64,000 nucleotides of DNA, from contig JAJYEX010000006.1 of the NCBI GenBank assembly GCA_021785515.1, positions 32,887 to 96,886 of the forward strand. The letters are read 5' to 3'. This stretch comes from Pseudomonadota bacterium (GTDB lineage: Bacteria > Pseudomonadota > Gammaproteobacteria > Acidiferrobacterales > UBA6901). Below the pieces are notes generated by a model. It did not search any database and had not been told where the DNA came from. It was given only the letters and a program-made list of their open reading frames with translations. The position numbers and the translations under genes were made by a program. Positions 37,175 to 47,647 of this stretch are shown piece by piece. Positions within the stretch are counted from its first letter, which is position 1. Each line of letters opens with the position of its first letter.

Positions 37175-38233
37175 TCACGCGGACTTTCGCCCGACCACAA
37201 CAGCTTCGTTACCGTTGACAAACAGATGCACGCTGGGTGTCAGGCCAACCTGGCGGAAGGCATCGGCAATCTCGTCGGGACGCAGAAAGTGGTTGCCCTG
37301 TACATGTTCTGTCAGGTTCTGGAACGCCATCATCCGCCGCCCCGGCTGCGTCAGATCGGCACGCTGCACGGGCCAGCTGGGTTCCCAGATCACGGCCACC
37401 CCGCCAGGTCTGAGCGAGTCTCTCAGTATTCCGAACACTTTCTCTTTTTGGTCCCACACATGGTGCAGTGCACGGGTCATGGCAATCAGGTCTACCTGCT
37501 CGGACACGGTGTAATGGTAGATATCGCCGACCTGAAAGTGCAGGCGCTCACCAAGCCCGGCGGCGACGGCACGCTCCTGCGCCTGGCGCACATTCTCAGC
37601 GAATCCGTCGAGGCCGATGCCGCGAATATGCGGAAACCGGGCGGCGAGCCGGCGCAGGTACCAGCCATTGCCGCACCCCAGATCTACCGCAACACCACGT
37701 CGCGCCTCGATTTCGGCAAATGCCGGAATCTGCGGAAGGATATGCTGCTCAAACATCGGCCCGAAGCTGCCCTCCAGCATTGCCCCAAACCATGGAAGGA
37801 TGCTTTCCCGCTCGGCCAGCACCTTCTCCCCGGGACGCTCGCCGGTTTTCATGTACGTTGCGGCCCGCTCCGCCATATGCGCCGACAGCACCGACTGCAC
37901 CGCGAACGGCATGAGCGTACCGGGGACGTCGGGGCGGAAGGCGCTCCCGAGATCTGTCAGGCGAAACACACCCTGCGACTCGGACAGATATCCGAAGGCG
38001 TAGGCAGCATCACACCAGCGCGCGACGTAGCCCGCGTCCACGCCGGCGGCAATCGAGAGTTCATCCGTGGTCGCCTGCCCCAGACGCTCGAGCTGCAACA
38101 ACAATCCGTTGGCGACGCCAATGAACGCGATTTCGAGGGCAACCGCTCCCTGCGCCTGACCCATGACGCGTTCCCGTTGTTCTTTGCTGATTTCCATCCG
38201 AAACTCCTGCAGCCAGCGCCGGAAACCCGGCAC
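37175..38233 (-). CDS. Class I SAM-dependent methyltransferase with an N-terminal winged-helix/dimerisation-like domain
   Basis: SAM motif I VAVDLGCGNGWY, plus post-I and motif II regions, in an O-methyltransferase-like layout. The start is either 38233 or the ATG at 38197. Confidence 0.8.
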   Translation of the reverse strand: MPGFRRWLQEFRMEISKEQRERVMGQAQGAVALEIAFIGVANGLLLQLERLGQATTDELSIAAGVDAGYVARWCDAAYAFGYLSESQGVFRLTDLGSAFRPDVPGTLMPFAVQSVLSAHMAERAATYMKTGERPGEKVLAERESILPWFGAMLEGSFGPMFEQHILPQIPAFAEIEARRGVAVDLGCGNGWYLRRLAARFPHIRGIGLDGFAENVRQAQERAVAAGLGERLHFQVGDIYHYTVSEQVDLIAMTRALHHVWDQKEKVFGILRDSLRPGGVAVIWEPSWPVQRADLTQPGRRMMAFQNLTEHVQGNHFLRPDEIADAFRQVGLTPSVHLFVNGNEAVVVGRKSA

Positions 38234-38268
38234 CCAAGTTGTTCAAGCTGTCGCGCTGAACCCTGATT

Positions 38269-39750
38269 CTAGCACGGGCAAGACAGACGCGACTTCAGCG
38301 CCTGATCCAGTGCGACACGCCACTGTCGGTAACGCTCCTGAAACGGCCTGTTTTCGACCGGCACAAACTGGGTGCCCGCCGACTCCGGCCACGTTGCGGG
38401 CGCATTCTGCAGCAGAAATGCGACCCCACGTGCGGTCGCCTCCTGCTCAGCTGGCCGGAATACCGGCACGCGGCTGATATCAGCCAGCCGCTGGCACAGG
38501 CCATCAAGCCTTGCGAGGCCCCCGCTCGCCTGGATACGCTGCAAGGGCGCACAATAATGCTGCATCTCCAGCAGATTCTCGTGAATCAGAAAGACGATGC
38601 TCTCGGCCACAGCCGCAGCTTTCTGCCACGGCTCACCGCAACCGACGAAACTCGAAGCGAAGGCCGGATCCCAGAACGGGGCGCCGAGGCCACCGATGCC
38701 ATTGAGGAACAGGTCCGGACACTGTTCATGCTCCAGCCAGGTCCCGAGTCGTATGCCGAGGTCCTCCAGTCCAAGCTCCTTTTCGGCCCACGCCAGCGCG
38801 CTACCGGCGCCGTTGACGGTTCCTTCGAGGACATAGCGATCCGCACCAGGACCCCCGAACGCAATACTGGTAAGCAACCGCGGGTGTCGCTGTGCAGTGG
38901 GTCCGCACAATCTTTGCACGAACGCTCCGGTACCGATGTTGACGTAGGCAACTTCTGCCCGCGGTGCCCCGTACCCGAAAAGCGCCGCTGCCTGATCTCC
39001 GGAAACAACACGCAGCGCAATCCTACGGTTGTCTATGTCCAGACTCCCGAAATCACCGCGCGTCGGGACGCAGCGCGGCAAAACTTGCCGCGGAACCTCG
39101 AACAGCCGCAGCAATTCGGGATCCCAGTCGCGACCCTCCAGATGATAGAGAAGCGTGCGTGCGGCATTGGCGGGATCAACGACAAACGACCGCTCTGCGG
39201 TCAGGCGATACACCAGAAAGCTTGCCAGCGGGCCGATGCACAAATCGCCATGCGCCAGAGCCTGATGCACGGCTGGCAGATTCTCGAGACACCAGTGCAG
39301 CTTGCTTGCCCCGTAGTGCGGCGACAGTCGCAGGCCGGTGTGCGCTTGTACCAGGTCCTGGTGCGGCGCGAACCTCTCAATCCACTCCCGGCCACGCCGA
39401 TCCTGCCAGCCGATTATGGGCGACAACGGCTCTCCGCTGCCCGCGCGCCAGCACACGATGTTTGAACGTTGCGTCACCAGCCCGGCGGCCAGAACCTTCG
39501 CGGAACGATTGCCTGGAAGAGCCTGCCGGACGCTGGAGACAATGCTGTGCAGCACGTCGTCCGGGTCCTGTTCGGACCAGTCCGGCCAGGGTTCGCGCGT
39601 ACCCACTTCCGCGTTCCCTCGACCGACAACACTGCCGACATCATCAATCAGCAACGCGCGGCTTGCGTGCCCACCCTGATCGATGGCGAGATACAGCGGT
39701 GCATGCGCGTCAGACACGTCCGTGCCGGGGCTGCGGGATTCAGCCTCCAC
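38269..39750 (-). CDS. FGGY-family carbohydrate kinase (glycerol-kinase-like)
   Basis: 493 aa with N-terminal LYLAIDQGGHASRALLID and C-terminal FGGY motifs (ASGGLARLDGLCQRLADI). It overlaps the cysQ stop by 11 nt. Confidence 0.8.
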   Translation of the reverse strand: MEAESRSPGTDVSDAHAPLYLAIDQGGHASRALLIDDVGSVVGRGNAEVGTREPWPDWSEQDPDDVLHSIVSSVRQALPGNRSAKVLAAGLVTQRSNIVCWRAGSGEPLSPIIGWQDRRGREWIERFAPHQDLVQAHTGLRLSPHYGASKLHWCLENLPAVHQALAHGDLCIGPLASFLVYRLTAERSFVVDPANAARTLLYHLEGRDWDPELLRLFEVPRQVLPRCVPTRGDFGSLDIDNRRIALRVVSGDQAAALFGYGAPRAEVAYVNIGTGAFVQRLCGPTAQRHPRLLTSIAFGGPGADRYVLEGTVNGAGSALAWAEKELGLEDLGIRLGTWLEHEQCPDLFLNGIGGLGAPFWDPAFASSFVGCGEPWQKAAAVAESIVFLIHENLLEMQHYCAPLQRIQASGGLARLDGLCQRLADISRVPVFRPAEQEATARGVAFLLQNAPATWPESAGTQFVPVENRPFQERYRQWRVALDQALKSRLSCPC

Positions 39751-40567
39751 CTTTCGTCACGGATATCCAGTCGAAGCTGCCGCCACCGCTGGCAAGAAAC
39801 CAAGGATTGAGCAGGGACTCCTTGTGGTTATAGGCGAGCGGCTCGCCGTCGAGGGTCGTAAGCCGGCCGCCGGCAACCTCCAGAACACACTGCGCCGCGG
39901 CCGTGTCCCATTCGCTTGTCGGTCCCAGCCGCGGATAAACATCGGCATTACCTTCGGCAACCAGACAGATCTTGAGCGAACTGCCCAAGCTTGCCGTATC
40001 GTATTCCCCTTCCCGGGCCTTGAGGCGCGCAAGAAATCCCCCCAGCTCCGGTCCTGCATGGGAACGGCTGGCCACCACAGTGGCCCGGCCACCGCCATAG
40101 TTGCGTACCTGTATCCTGTGGCGCTGCCCATCGGCGTCCTGCCGAAAGGCGCCGAACCCCTGGCAAGCCAGATAGGTCACACCGGATACCGGTACGTGCA
40201 CCACGCCGAGGATCGGCCGTCCACCTGCGATAAGGGCGATATTGACTGTAAATTCGCCGTTCCGGTTGGTGAATTCCCTGGTGCCATCCAAGGGATCCAC
40301 CAGCCAGTACTGATCCCAGCCTGCACGCTCACTGTAACTCGTCAGTTTCTCCTCCTCGGAAAGAAGAGGACGTTGCGGATTTAGGGCCGCAAGCCTATCG
40401 ACAATCAGGCGATTGGCGGCAGTATCCGCCTCCGTGAGCGGCGAACCGTCGGCCTTGTTGTCGACGTGGAAATCGCTCTGATAGACATCGAGAATGCGAT
40501 CACCGGCCGCGCGCGCAATTGCCACGACCTGTTCCAGTTCCTCACACCGATTCTGGGTACCTGTCAT
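39740..40567 (-). CDS. cysQ: 3'(2'),5'-bisphosphate nucleotidase
   Basis: 275 aa with KADGSPLTEADTAAN, WLVDPLDGTREF and GSSLKICLVAEG. Confidence 0.9.
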   Translation of the reverse strand: MTGTQNRCEELEQVVAIARAAGDRILDVYQSDFHVDNKADGSPLTEADTAANRLIVDRLAALNPQRPLLSEEEKLTSYSERAGWDQYWLVDPLDGTREFTNRNGEFTVNIALIAGGRPILGVVHVPVSGVTYLACQGFGAFRQDADGQRHRIQVRNYGGGRATVVASRSHAGPELGGFLARLKAREGEYDTASLGSSLKICLVAEGNADVYPRLGPTSEWDTAAAQCVLEVAGGRLTTLDGEPLAYNHKESLLNPWFLASGGGSFDWISVTKGGG

Positions 40568-40776
40568 TCCGCGCCCCGGCCATATTCACTGACGTGCAGG
40601 TGGCCCGGTCTCCCGCCGATGTCGCGGACTGAATCCGCCACAGGAGCTTCCGGGACCACGATTATGGTACTCTTTAAAGAACCACCAGGGTCGAACGGCT
40701 GCACGGAACCGAATCGTCTCTCAGCAACGCCCAAGGTCCTGGTGGCCCGACATTATACCCCAGGCACAAACCGATC

Positions 40777-41124
40777 ATGATTGTCATCCAGGACGAAAAA
40801 GGTCTCCTCAGGGCCAATATCTTTGCCGAATTCACCGTTGCTGACTATCGCGAACTGGAAGCGACGATCATCGCCAAACTGAAGGCACACCGAAAGTTGA
40901 ATCTGCTTCTGGACCTGACGAACATGGCCGGGTTTACGCTCGACGTTGCCTGGGAAGACATCAAATTTACCCGCAGCCACCCGCACGATTTTGCCCGGAT
41001 CGCGGTGCTTACCAGCGATCAGTGGAAGGGCTGGATCGGATGGCTGGCAACCGCGTTCACTGACGCGCAGATCAGCAACTTCACCGACTCCGGTCCGGCG
41101 GAAGCCTGGGTGCGCGGCCAGTAA
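40777..41124 (+). CDS. STAS/SpoIIAA-like domain protein (DUF3478 type)
   Basis: 115 aa with FTVADYRELEATIIAKLKAHRKLNLLLDLTNMAGFTLDVAWEDIKF...ARIAVLTSDQW. Confidence 0.7.
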   Translation: MIVIQDEKGLLRANIFAEFTVADYRELEATIIAKLKAHRKLNLLLDLTNMAGFTLDVAWEDIKFTRSHPHDFARIAVLTSDQWKGWIGWLATAFTDAQISNFTDSGPAEAWVRGQ

Positions 41125-41167
41125 ACGCGGGCCCCGGGTCGCCGGGGATGGGCACTGCGCGATTCCC

Positions 41168-41608
41168 CTATACCTTCGCGGAACTCAGTCGGCGCCGGAG
41201 CTGACGGACGAATCTGTTGGTATCAAACCTGCGCGAGGCGCCGCTCCGGTGCGCGGGTGACCAGACAGAATCGGGGAAACTGGCATCATCGCGGTACCGT
41301 GGGACAACATGCCAGTGCAGATGGGGCACCTGATTTCCGAGCGATGCCAGGTTGATCTTGTCCGGGCACATGACGGTACGGACCGCATGCTCCACCGCAA
41401 AAACCACCCGCATGAGATGCAGGCGTTGCGTGGACGCGAGGTCCGTCATTTCCTTCACGTGCGCCTGCCAGATTACGCGGCAATAGCCGGCATGATCTTC
41501 GTCGTCCACCAGGATGATGCGGCAGCAGCGGCCACGCCATAGCACCTGTTCCGCCTCTGGATGACACAGGGGACACCGTCTGGACCGTCTCTGGAAGTTG
41601 TCCGTCAT
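41168..41608 (-). CDS. HIT family protein
   Basis: The internal ATG gives 146 aa. Histidine triad HLHWHVVPR. The start overlaps the upstream thioesterase stop (ATGA). Confidence 0.8.
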   Translation of the reverse strand: MTDNFQRRSRRCPLCHPEAEQVLWRGRCCRIILVDDEDHAGYCRVIWQAHVKEMTDLASTQRLHLMRVVFAVEHAVRTVMCPDKINLASLGNQVPHLHWHVVPRYRDDASFPDSVWSPAHRSGASRRFDTNRFVRQLRRRLSSAKV

Positions 41609-42132
41609 CCGTAGTGTTTCCGCTTCATTTCGGAAAGATTGTTCCAGCTGCGGACCATATCCGGCATATGCGGGGCGGCAACTTCGATCTGCATCTTGCG
41701 CAGAACCGCGCTGCTCTCGACCCGGCGACCGGCACTCACGAACAGCCCCTTTACCAGCCCTATGGCACACAGCCGGCCTTCCGACTCGAACCGCTGCTCC
41801 ACATAGAAGTACTTGTCATCCCAGGTTACAACCCGTGTCGCAAGCACGAACCGGCGCAGCGGCCGGATCGGCCGTATGAAATTGATATTGGCAGCACCAA
41901 GCACGGGCATCCAGCGCGCCCGGATCATGGGCGCCAACATGCCCGTCTGGCCGAGCATGTGGATACGTCCCAGATCCATGAAGGTCAGATAGCGGCCGTT
42001 ATTCATGTGCATATTGATGTCACAGTCCAGCGGCATCGTGCGAAACGACAGGCGCGACGGCTCGAGCAGGTCCCGGCGTCGGCAAAACAGCGTCTTTATC
42101 AGGACGAACAGTAGCCGCAGATACAGATTCAC
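41605..42132 (-). CDS. Acyl-CoA thioesterase (hotdog fold) family protein
   Basis: 175 aa with FRTMPLDCDINMHMNNGRYLTFMDLGR, typical of 4HBT-like thioesterases. Confidence 0.75.
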   Translation of the reverse strand: MNLYLRLLFVLIKTLFCRRRDLLEPSRLSFRTMPLDCDINMHMNNGRYLTFMDLGRIHMLGQTGMLAPMIRARWMPVLGAANINFIRPIRPLRRFVLATRVVTWDDKYFYVEQRFESEGRLCAIGLVKGLFVSAGRRVESSAVLRKMQIEVAAPHMPDMVRSWNNLSEMKRKHYG

Positions 42133-42267
42133 ACAGTTTCTCCGATATCGGAAAATTCCCCTGAAATGCGTATAATACGCGCCGGCCAGCCGCGCAGCAC
42201 AGGTGTGCGCGGCCTAACGATAGAAACCTCACCCATCGCCGAAACCCAGACCGCCCCATCTGCCGCC

Positions 42268-42921
42268 ATGGTGAACTGGAAAGATGTATGTACCGTCCTG
42301 CTGGACATGGACGGCACGCTGCTCGACCTGCACTACGATAACCATTTCTGGCAGGTGCACGTGCCGCAGCGTTTTGCGGAGAAAAACCGCCTCACGATCG
42401 ATGAGGCGAAGGACGAGCTGTTTCCCCGATTCCGGCGCGCCGAGGGAACTCTTGACTGGTATTGCGTGGATTACTGGAGCCGGGAACTCGACCTCGACAT
42501 CCCCTTGCTCAAGAGGGAGGTGGCTCATCTGATCGCCATACGTCCGCATGTCGTTGACTTTCTTGACGCCGTGCGCCGACCGGAGAGACGTGTTGTCCTG
42601 GTAACCAACGCGCATAACAAGAGCCTGACGCTAAAGCTGGACCGCACTGAACTGTCTGGGAAATTCGACGCGATCGTGTGCTCCCACGAGCTCGGCATGC
42701 CTAAAGAGCATGACCGGTTCTGGGGACGACTGCAGGAAACCCAGCCGTTCGACCGCGGCCGCACGCTGCTTGTGGACGACAGCCTGCCGGTATTGCGTTC
42801 GGCTCGCAACTACGGCATTGCCCAGCTGTTTGCGGTCGCCAATCCGGACTCCCGGGGACCGGACAAGGAGGTCGGGGATTTCCCGGCAATTCGCTCGTTT
42901 CTGGAAATAATGCCAGACTAG
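42268..42921 (+). CDS. yrfG: HAD-family GMP/IMP nucleotidase YrfG-like
   Basis: Starts at the internal ATG. HAD motif [25 protein letters not shown]. Confidence 0.8.
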   Translation: MVNWKDVCTVLLDMDGTLLDLHYDNHFWQVHVPQRFAEKNRLTIDEAKDELFPRFRRAEGTLDWYCVDYWSRELDLDIPLLKREVAHLIAIRPHVVDFLDAVRRPERRVVLVTNAHNKSLTLKLDRTELSGKFDAIVCSHELGMPKEHDRFWGRLQETQPFDRGRTLLVDDSLPVLRSARNYGIAQLFAVANPDSRGPDKEVGDFPAIRSFLEIMPD

Positions 42922-43043
42922 GGATCTCTCGAAGGGCCGCGGGAGCGGCTCCCCGCATCCGGGCCAAATTGCGGATCCGCGTGATATTATCCTTTATTGG
43001 GAAAAGCTGCCCATTCCAGGTTTTTTTCCAGACCCATGTAGAT

Positions 43044-44474
43044 ATGCGCATTCAAATGCCCGCTTTTGAGAACACCCGTGTGCTGGTAACCGGCGATATC
43101 ATGCTGGATCGCTACTGGCATGGATCGACCGCGCGTATCTCTCCGGAGGCACCGGTGCCGGTGGTTCTCGTCAAGCACATAGAGGAACGCCCGGGCGGTG
43201 CCGGAAACGTCGCTTTGAATGTCGCCGCGCTTGGTGGCCAGGCTACTGTGCTCGGGCTCACGGGACCGGACGAAGCAGCCGAAATCCTGGAAAAACGGTT
43301 GACCGCGGCTGGCATACGCTGCCTGTTTCAGCGCCAGCACGGATTTTCGACGGTTACGAAACTGCGGGTGATGAGCCGGCACCAGCAGCTGATCAGGCTC
43401 GATTTCGAAGACGGTTTCAGTGGCTTCGATCCCACACAGCTGCACGCGGAATTTGAACGCTGCCTGCCGGGTGTGGACGTTGTGGTCCTTTCGGACTACG
43501 GAAAGGGAGCCCTGCGGTCGGCGCGGGAACTCATTGCGGCGGCGCGCTCGGCCGGCAAGGTGGTGCTGGTGGACCCCAAGGGCGTGGATTTCGCTCGCTA
43601 TCGCGGCGCCAGCGTCATTACCCCGAACCTCGCCGAGTTTGAAGCGGTCGTCGGACCCTGTTCGGGTGAACGTGACCTTGTCGAAAAGGGCATTTCACTC
43701 CTGCGCATGCACGACTTTGGCGCGGTGCTCGTAACCCGCGGTGAACACGGGATGACCCTGATACGTGACGGCGCGGAGGAATTACATCTGCCGGCTCAGG
43801 CGCGGGAAGTCTACGACGTCACCGGCGCCGGCGACACCGTCATATCCGTGCTGGCGGGAGCGCTTGCGAGCGGGGTAGATCTGGAGGGTGCGACCGCCCT
43901 CGCCAACCTGGCAGCGGGAATCTCGGTTGCCAAACTAGGCGCCGCGACTGTGAGCGTCCCGGAACTCAGACGTGCGCTGCAGGGCGAACGGGCGGCGACC
44001 CGCGGCGTAATGACCAAGGAGCAGCTGCGCATCGCGGTAGAGGATGCGCGTACCGACGGGGAGACGATTGTCATGACCAACGGCTGCTTCGATATCCTGC
44101 ACGCCGGTCATGTGGCGTACCTAGAACAGGCCAGACAGCTTGGCAGCCGCCTGATCGTCGCCGTCAACGATGACGACTCGGTGCGAAAACTGAAGGGCGA
44201 TGGCCGCCCGGTGAACTCCCTGGAAAGACGCATGGCGGTTCTGGCGGGTTTGGCGGCGGTGGACTGGGTTGTACCGTTCTCCGAGGACACTCCCGAGCGG
44301 CTGATCTGCGAGCTTGCGCCGGATTATCTGGTAAAGGGCGGGGATTACCGTGCGGAGGATGTTGCCGGCTACGGATGCGTTACGGCGCGCGGCGGTGAAG
44401 TCCGTATCCTTCCCTACGAGAACGGGTGCTCCACCAGCAACATCATTGCGGCCATACGCGACGCGGGCAGCTGA
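43044..44474 (+). CDS. hldE: Bifunctional D-glycero-beta-D-manno-heptose-7-phosphate kinase / heptose-1-phosphate adenylyltransferase
   Basis: [16 protein letters not shown] and [10 protein letters not shown] (kinase), plus [21 protein letters not shown] (cytidylyltransferase). The start is 43044 or 43056. Confidence 0.95.
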   Translation: MRIQMPAFENTRVLVTGDIMLDRYWHGSTARISPEAPVPVVLVKHIEERPGGAGNVALNVAALGGQATVLGLTGPDEAAEILEKRLTAAGIRCLFQRQHGFSTVTKLRVMSRHQQLIRLDFEDGFSGFDPTQLHAEFERCLPGVDVVVLSDYGKGALRSARELIAAARSAGKVVLVDPKGVDFARYRGASVITPNLAEFEAVVGPCSGERDLVEKGISLLRMHDFGAVLVTRGEHGMTLIRDGAEELHLPAQAREVYDVTGAGDTVISVLAGALASGVDLEGATALANLAAGISVAKLGAATVSVPELRRALQGERAATRGVMTKEQLRIAVEDARTDGETIVMTNGCFDILHAGHVAYLEQARQLGSRLIVAVNDDDSVRKLKGDGRPVNSLERRMAVLAGLAAVDWVVPFSEDTPERLICELAPDYLVKGGDYRAEDVAGYGCVTARGGEVRILPYENGCSTSNIIAAIRDAGS

Positions 44475-44520
44475 CTGCTGGTATGTTGCCGCACAACGGC
44501 TCAACAATGGGAAGACAAAT

Positions 44521-45495
44521 GTGATCATAGTAACCGGCGGCGCCGGCTTCATCGGCGCAAACCTGGTGGCCGCGCTCAATGCGCGCGGGCGGCGTGACAT
44601 ACTTGTGGTGGACAATCTCAGCAACGGCGTCAAGTTCAGAAACCTGGCCGACTGCGATATTCTCGACTACCAGGATAAGGATGACTTCCTGCGGAACGTC
44701 GCAGCATGCGGAGCCCTGGGCGACCCGATTGAGGCGGTATTTCATCTGGGCGCCTGCTCCAGCACTACCGAATGGGACGGCCGCTACATGATGCGGAACA
44801 ACTACGAGTACTCCAAACTGCTTCTGCACCACTGCCAGGACAGACGGATCCCCTTTATTTATGCGTCTTCCGCCTCAGTCTACGGGGGCGGGAATGTATT
44901 CCGCGAGGACCGTGAGCTGGAGAATCCGCTCAATGTATACGGGTACTCCAAGTTTCTGTTTGACCAGTACGTCCGACGAATCATGCCGCAGACTACGAGC
45001 CAGGTCGTGGGGCTGCGGTACTTCAACGTGTACGGTCCACGCGAACAGCACAAGGGATCCATGGCCAGTGTCGCCTACCACTTCAACAGCCAGGTGCGCG
45101 ACAGTGGTCGCGTTCGACTGTTCGAAGGTACGGACGGCTATGGCGATGGTGAGCAACGGCGCGATTTCGTGTACGTCGGCGATACCTGCCGGGTCAAACT
45201 CTGGCTTCTGGACCATCCTGCCCGTTCCGGAATATTCAACATCGGTACCGGCCGCAGTCAAAGCTTCAACGACGTGGCCCGGGCGGTAATCTCCTGGCAC
45301 GGGCGCGGCGAAATCGAATACATTCCTTTCCCAGAGCAGCTGCGGGGGCGCTACCAAAGTTTCACCCAGGCGGACATCACCGCGCTGCGGGCAGCCGGTT
45401 ACCATGAGCCATTCATGACGGTGGAGCAGGGCGTCACCGAATACATGCAGTGGCTCAACAACACGCCATCGCAGACACCCAGGACGCAGGCATGA
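44521..45495 (+). CDS. hldD: ADP-glyceromanno-heptose 6-epimerase
   Basis: The in-frame GTG gives (M)[19 protein letters not shown], matching the N-terminus of E. coli HldD. The track ORF start at 44350 overlaps hldE. Confidence 0.95.
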   Translation: MIIVTGGAGFIGANLVAALNARGRRDILVVDNLSNGVKFRNLADCDILDYQDKDDFLRNVAACGALGDPIEAVFHLGACSSTTEWDGRYMMRNNYEYSKLLLHHCQDRRIPFIYASSASVYGGGNVFREDRELENPLNVYGYSKFLFDQYVRRIMPQTTSQVVGLRYFNVYGPREQHKGSMASVAYHFNSQVRDSGRVRLFEGTDGYGDGEQRRDFVYVGDTCRVKLWLLDHPARSGIFNIGTGRSQSFNDVARAVISWHGRGEIEYIPFPEQLRGRYQSFTQADITALRAAGYHEPFMTVEQGVTEYMQWLNNTPSQTPRTQA

Positions 45496-46079
45496 CTTAT
45501 CGCAACAGACTTCTTAGCAATCTGCAGACGTCCATCGCGGCCAAGCAGGAATTCAGCCGGCAAGAGGAACAGATCGACAGCTTCAGCCGTGCGGTGGAAA
45601 CCGTTGTACGAGCGTACCGTCATGGAGGCAGGCTGTACATCGCCGGCAATGGCGGATCAGCTGCGGATGCCCAGCATCTTGCCGCGGAGTTCGTAGGACG
45701 TCTGGGAACACGCGAACGAGCCTCACTGGCGGCCGAGGCGCTTACCACCGACACTTCGATTATCACGGCGATCGGGAACGACTACGGCTACGACCAGATA
45801 TTTGCCCGTCAGGTGGTCGGCAAGATGCGCAGCCCGGACGTGTTTCTCGGCATCACCACATCAGGAAATTCATCCAACATACTGCGGGCCCTGGAACAAT
45901 GCCGCGCGATGGGTCTGTCCAGCATAGTCTTCTGCGGGCGGGATGGCGGTCAGGCTCGGCCGCTGGCGGACCACTGCATCGTCGTACCTGGACAGAATAC
46001 GAGCACCATCCAGGAACTGCACATCGTGCTGGCGCACGCGCTGTGTGAATGCGTGGAAGAGGCGATATTCAGTGGATGA
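45492..46079 (+). CDS. gmhA: D-sedoheptulose-7-phosphate isomerase
   Basis: ATGA overlap with the hldD stop. SIS domain [27 protein letters not shown]. Confidence 0.9.
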   Translation: MTYRNRLLSNLQTSIAAKQEFSRQEEQIDSFSRAVETVVRAYRHGGRLYIAGNGGSAADAQHLAAEFVGRLGTRERASLAAEALTTDTSIITAIGNDYGYDQIFARQVVGKMRSPDVFLGITTSGNSSNILRALEQCRAMGLSSIVFCGRDGGQARPLADHCIVVPGQNTSTIQELHIVLAHALCECVEEAIFSG

Positions 46080-46121
46080 GGGGCCAGCGCGGTTCGGGCA
46101 TGACTGGAAGCGGTTTCCGGC

Positions 46122-46709
46122 ATGAGCGGTGGTGATGCGCCGGGACTCCGGAAAGCGGTCTTTCTCGACCGGGACGGTACAATCAATGTGGAAAAGAACT
46201 ACCTTCACCGCATCTCGGAATGGGAATGGATACCGGGGGCGATTGAGGCCATCCGGCGCCTCAATGACGCCGGATACCTGGTCATCGTAGTGACGAACCA
46301 GGCCGGGATTGCCCGCGGCATGTACAAGGAAGAGGATGTTCACAGGCTTCACAATCAGCTCGATGTGATGCTTGCGCCCCTGCGGGCACACATCGACGCC
46401 TACTACTACTGTCCCCACCATCCCGATTTCGGGGAAAAGATTTCCTGCGACTGCCGCAAGCCGGCCCCGGGAATGATCCTGCAAGCCCAGAAAGACTGGA
46501 ACATAGACCTGCCGCACTCATACATGGTGGGCGACAAAATCGCCGACATCGATGCCGCCCGGGCGGCCGGAGTCAGGCCCATCCTTGTCGCTACCGGTTA
46601 CGGTGCCGAATCCAGGCGGAAACTTGCCTCCGATGCGCTCTGCGTCAGCGATTTGGGAGCGGCCGCTGATTTGATCCTTGATACCGGAAACCGAGTCTGC
46701 CACACCTGA
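46122..46709 (+). CDS. gmhB: D-glycero-beta-D-manno-heptose-1,7-bisphosphate 7-phosphatase
   Basis: AVFLDRDGTIN, VVTNQAGIARG, CPHHP...CDCRKP, MVGDKIADI. Confidence 0.9.
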   Translation: MSGGDAPGLRKAVFLDRDGTINVEKNYLHRISEWEWIPGAIEAIRRLNDAGYLVIVVTNQAGIARGMYKEEDVHRLHNQLDVMLAPLRAHIDAYYYCPHHPDFGEKISCDCRKPAPGMILQAQKDWNIDLPHSYMVGDKIADIDAARAAGVRPILVATGYGAESRRKLASDALCVSDLGAAADLILDTGNRVCHT

Positions 46710-46712
46710 CTA

Positions 46713-47156
46713 TCAGGAACCCTTGCGCCTTACCGCCTCCCCCATTCCAGAGCGCCGGTCCCAGTTCTTGAACTTTTTCCGGCAATACTTGAGCAGTGAG
46801 CGATAATCCGGGAAAAACAGATCAAAGTCCTCGGCGCCCGCCGGGCCTTCGAATTCGCAGCCATCGTTGGAATGTTCGCGGCAGATCCTGGGCCGATCCT
46901 CATAGATCCCACAGCGCCCATCGTCCAGCAGGTGGCCACAGCGGTTGTTCACCAGCAAAAACCAACCATCCTCGTCCTTGTATGCCTGGGTATTGTGGTG
47001 GGAAACCTGCCACAACAGGGTATCGAAGTCCTCCATGGAGCGCGGCGTATCGATCTGCTGCGTCAGGTAGGTGCAACAGGTGGAATTCGTGCAGAAACCG
47101 CACTTGTTTTCTGAAGTAATTTCGACTTTGATAGGTATGGCGACTGCCTTGTTCAT
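46713..47156 (-). CDS. YkgJ-family cysteine-cluster protein (UPF0153)
   Basis: The internal ATG gives 147 aa, with CGFCTNSTCC and CGHLLDDGRCGIYEDRPRICREH. Confidence 0.75.
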   Translation of the reverse strand: MNKAVAIPIKVEITSENKCGFCTNSTCCTYLTQQIDTPRSMEDFDTLLWQVSHHNTQAYKDEDGWFLLVNNRCGHLLDDGRCGIYEDRPRICREHSNDGCEFEGPAGAEDFDLFFPDYRSLLKYCRKKFKNWDRRSGMGEAVRRKGS

Positions 47157-47259
47157 TAGCTTTCCGGTCAACCAGCGAAAGCGCGAGTGTAGCAGAAAGG
47201 AACGGGGGCCACACCGGCAATCCGGACACGGATTAGGTTGACGCCAGAAAGGAGGCAAG

Positions 47260-47625
47260 GTGGCGACTAGAGTGCAGCTTCTTGCGATGGCCCTGCTGGC
47301 CGCGGCAGTGCTTTCCGCTTGCGGCGGCGGCACCGCGTCAGGACCTAAGACCATTACGTCCCATGTCGTTACCCTCACGTGGACAGCCAGTGATCAGAGC
47401 GGCGTCAACAGCGCGGGCGGTGGCTATCAGGTGCTGGTGAACAACAATGTGGTGGCGACCATACCATATGTTTCCGGCAGCACGGCGCCAACATCAGCCA
47501 AACTCACTCTGACCACCGGCATCTACATGTTGGCCGTCCGTGCCTATGCAGCGCTCGACGCACAGGGCGGTAACAGCGGTTCGTACAGCGCTCCGTCCCA
47601 GGTTCTCATGATCACGGTCCCTTGA
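47260..47625 (+). CDS. Lipoprotein with a fibronectin-type-III-like beta domain
   Basis: GTG start and lipobox LSAC (MATRVQLLAMALLAAAVLSACGGG). VTLTWTASDQSGVNSAGGGYQVLVNNNVVATIPY...YMLAVRAY resembles FN3. It lies 22 nt upstream of the S8 protease gene. Confidence 0.6.
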   Translation: MATRVQLLAMALLAAAVLSACGGGTASGPKTITSHVVTLTWTASDQSGVNSAGGGYQVLVNNNVVATIPYVSGSTAPTSAKLTLTTGIYMLAVRAYAALDAQGGNSGSYSAPSQVLMITVP

Positions 47626-47647
47626 AACAGGCGGATTATAAAGATCC

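Noticed and set aside
37226-39833. Long plus-strand ORFs (37226..38266 at 346 aa, 38557..39465 at 302 aa, 38964..39833 at 289 aa).
   Set aside because: They are antisense to the methyltransferase and FGGY kinase genes, which carry clear motifs. Their composition is dominated by Arg/Pro/Ala.
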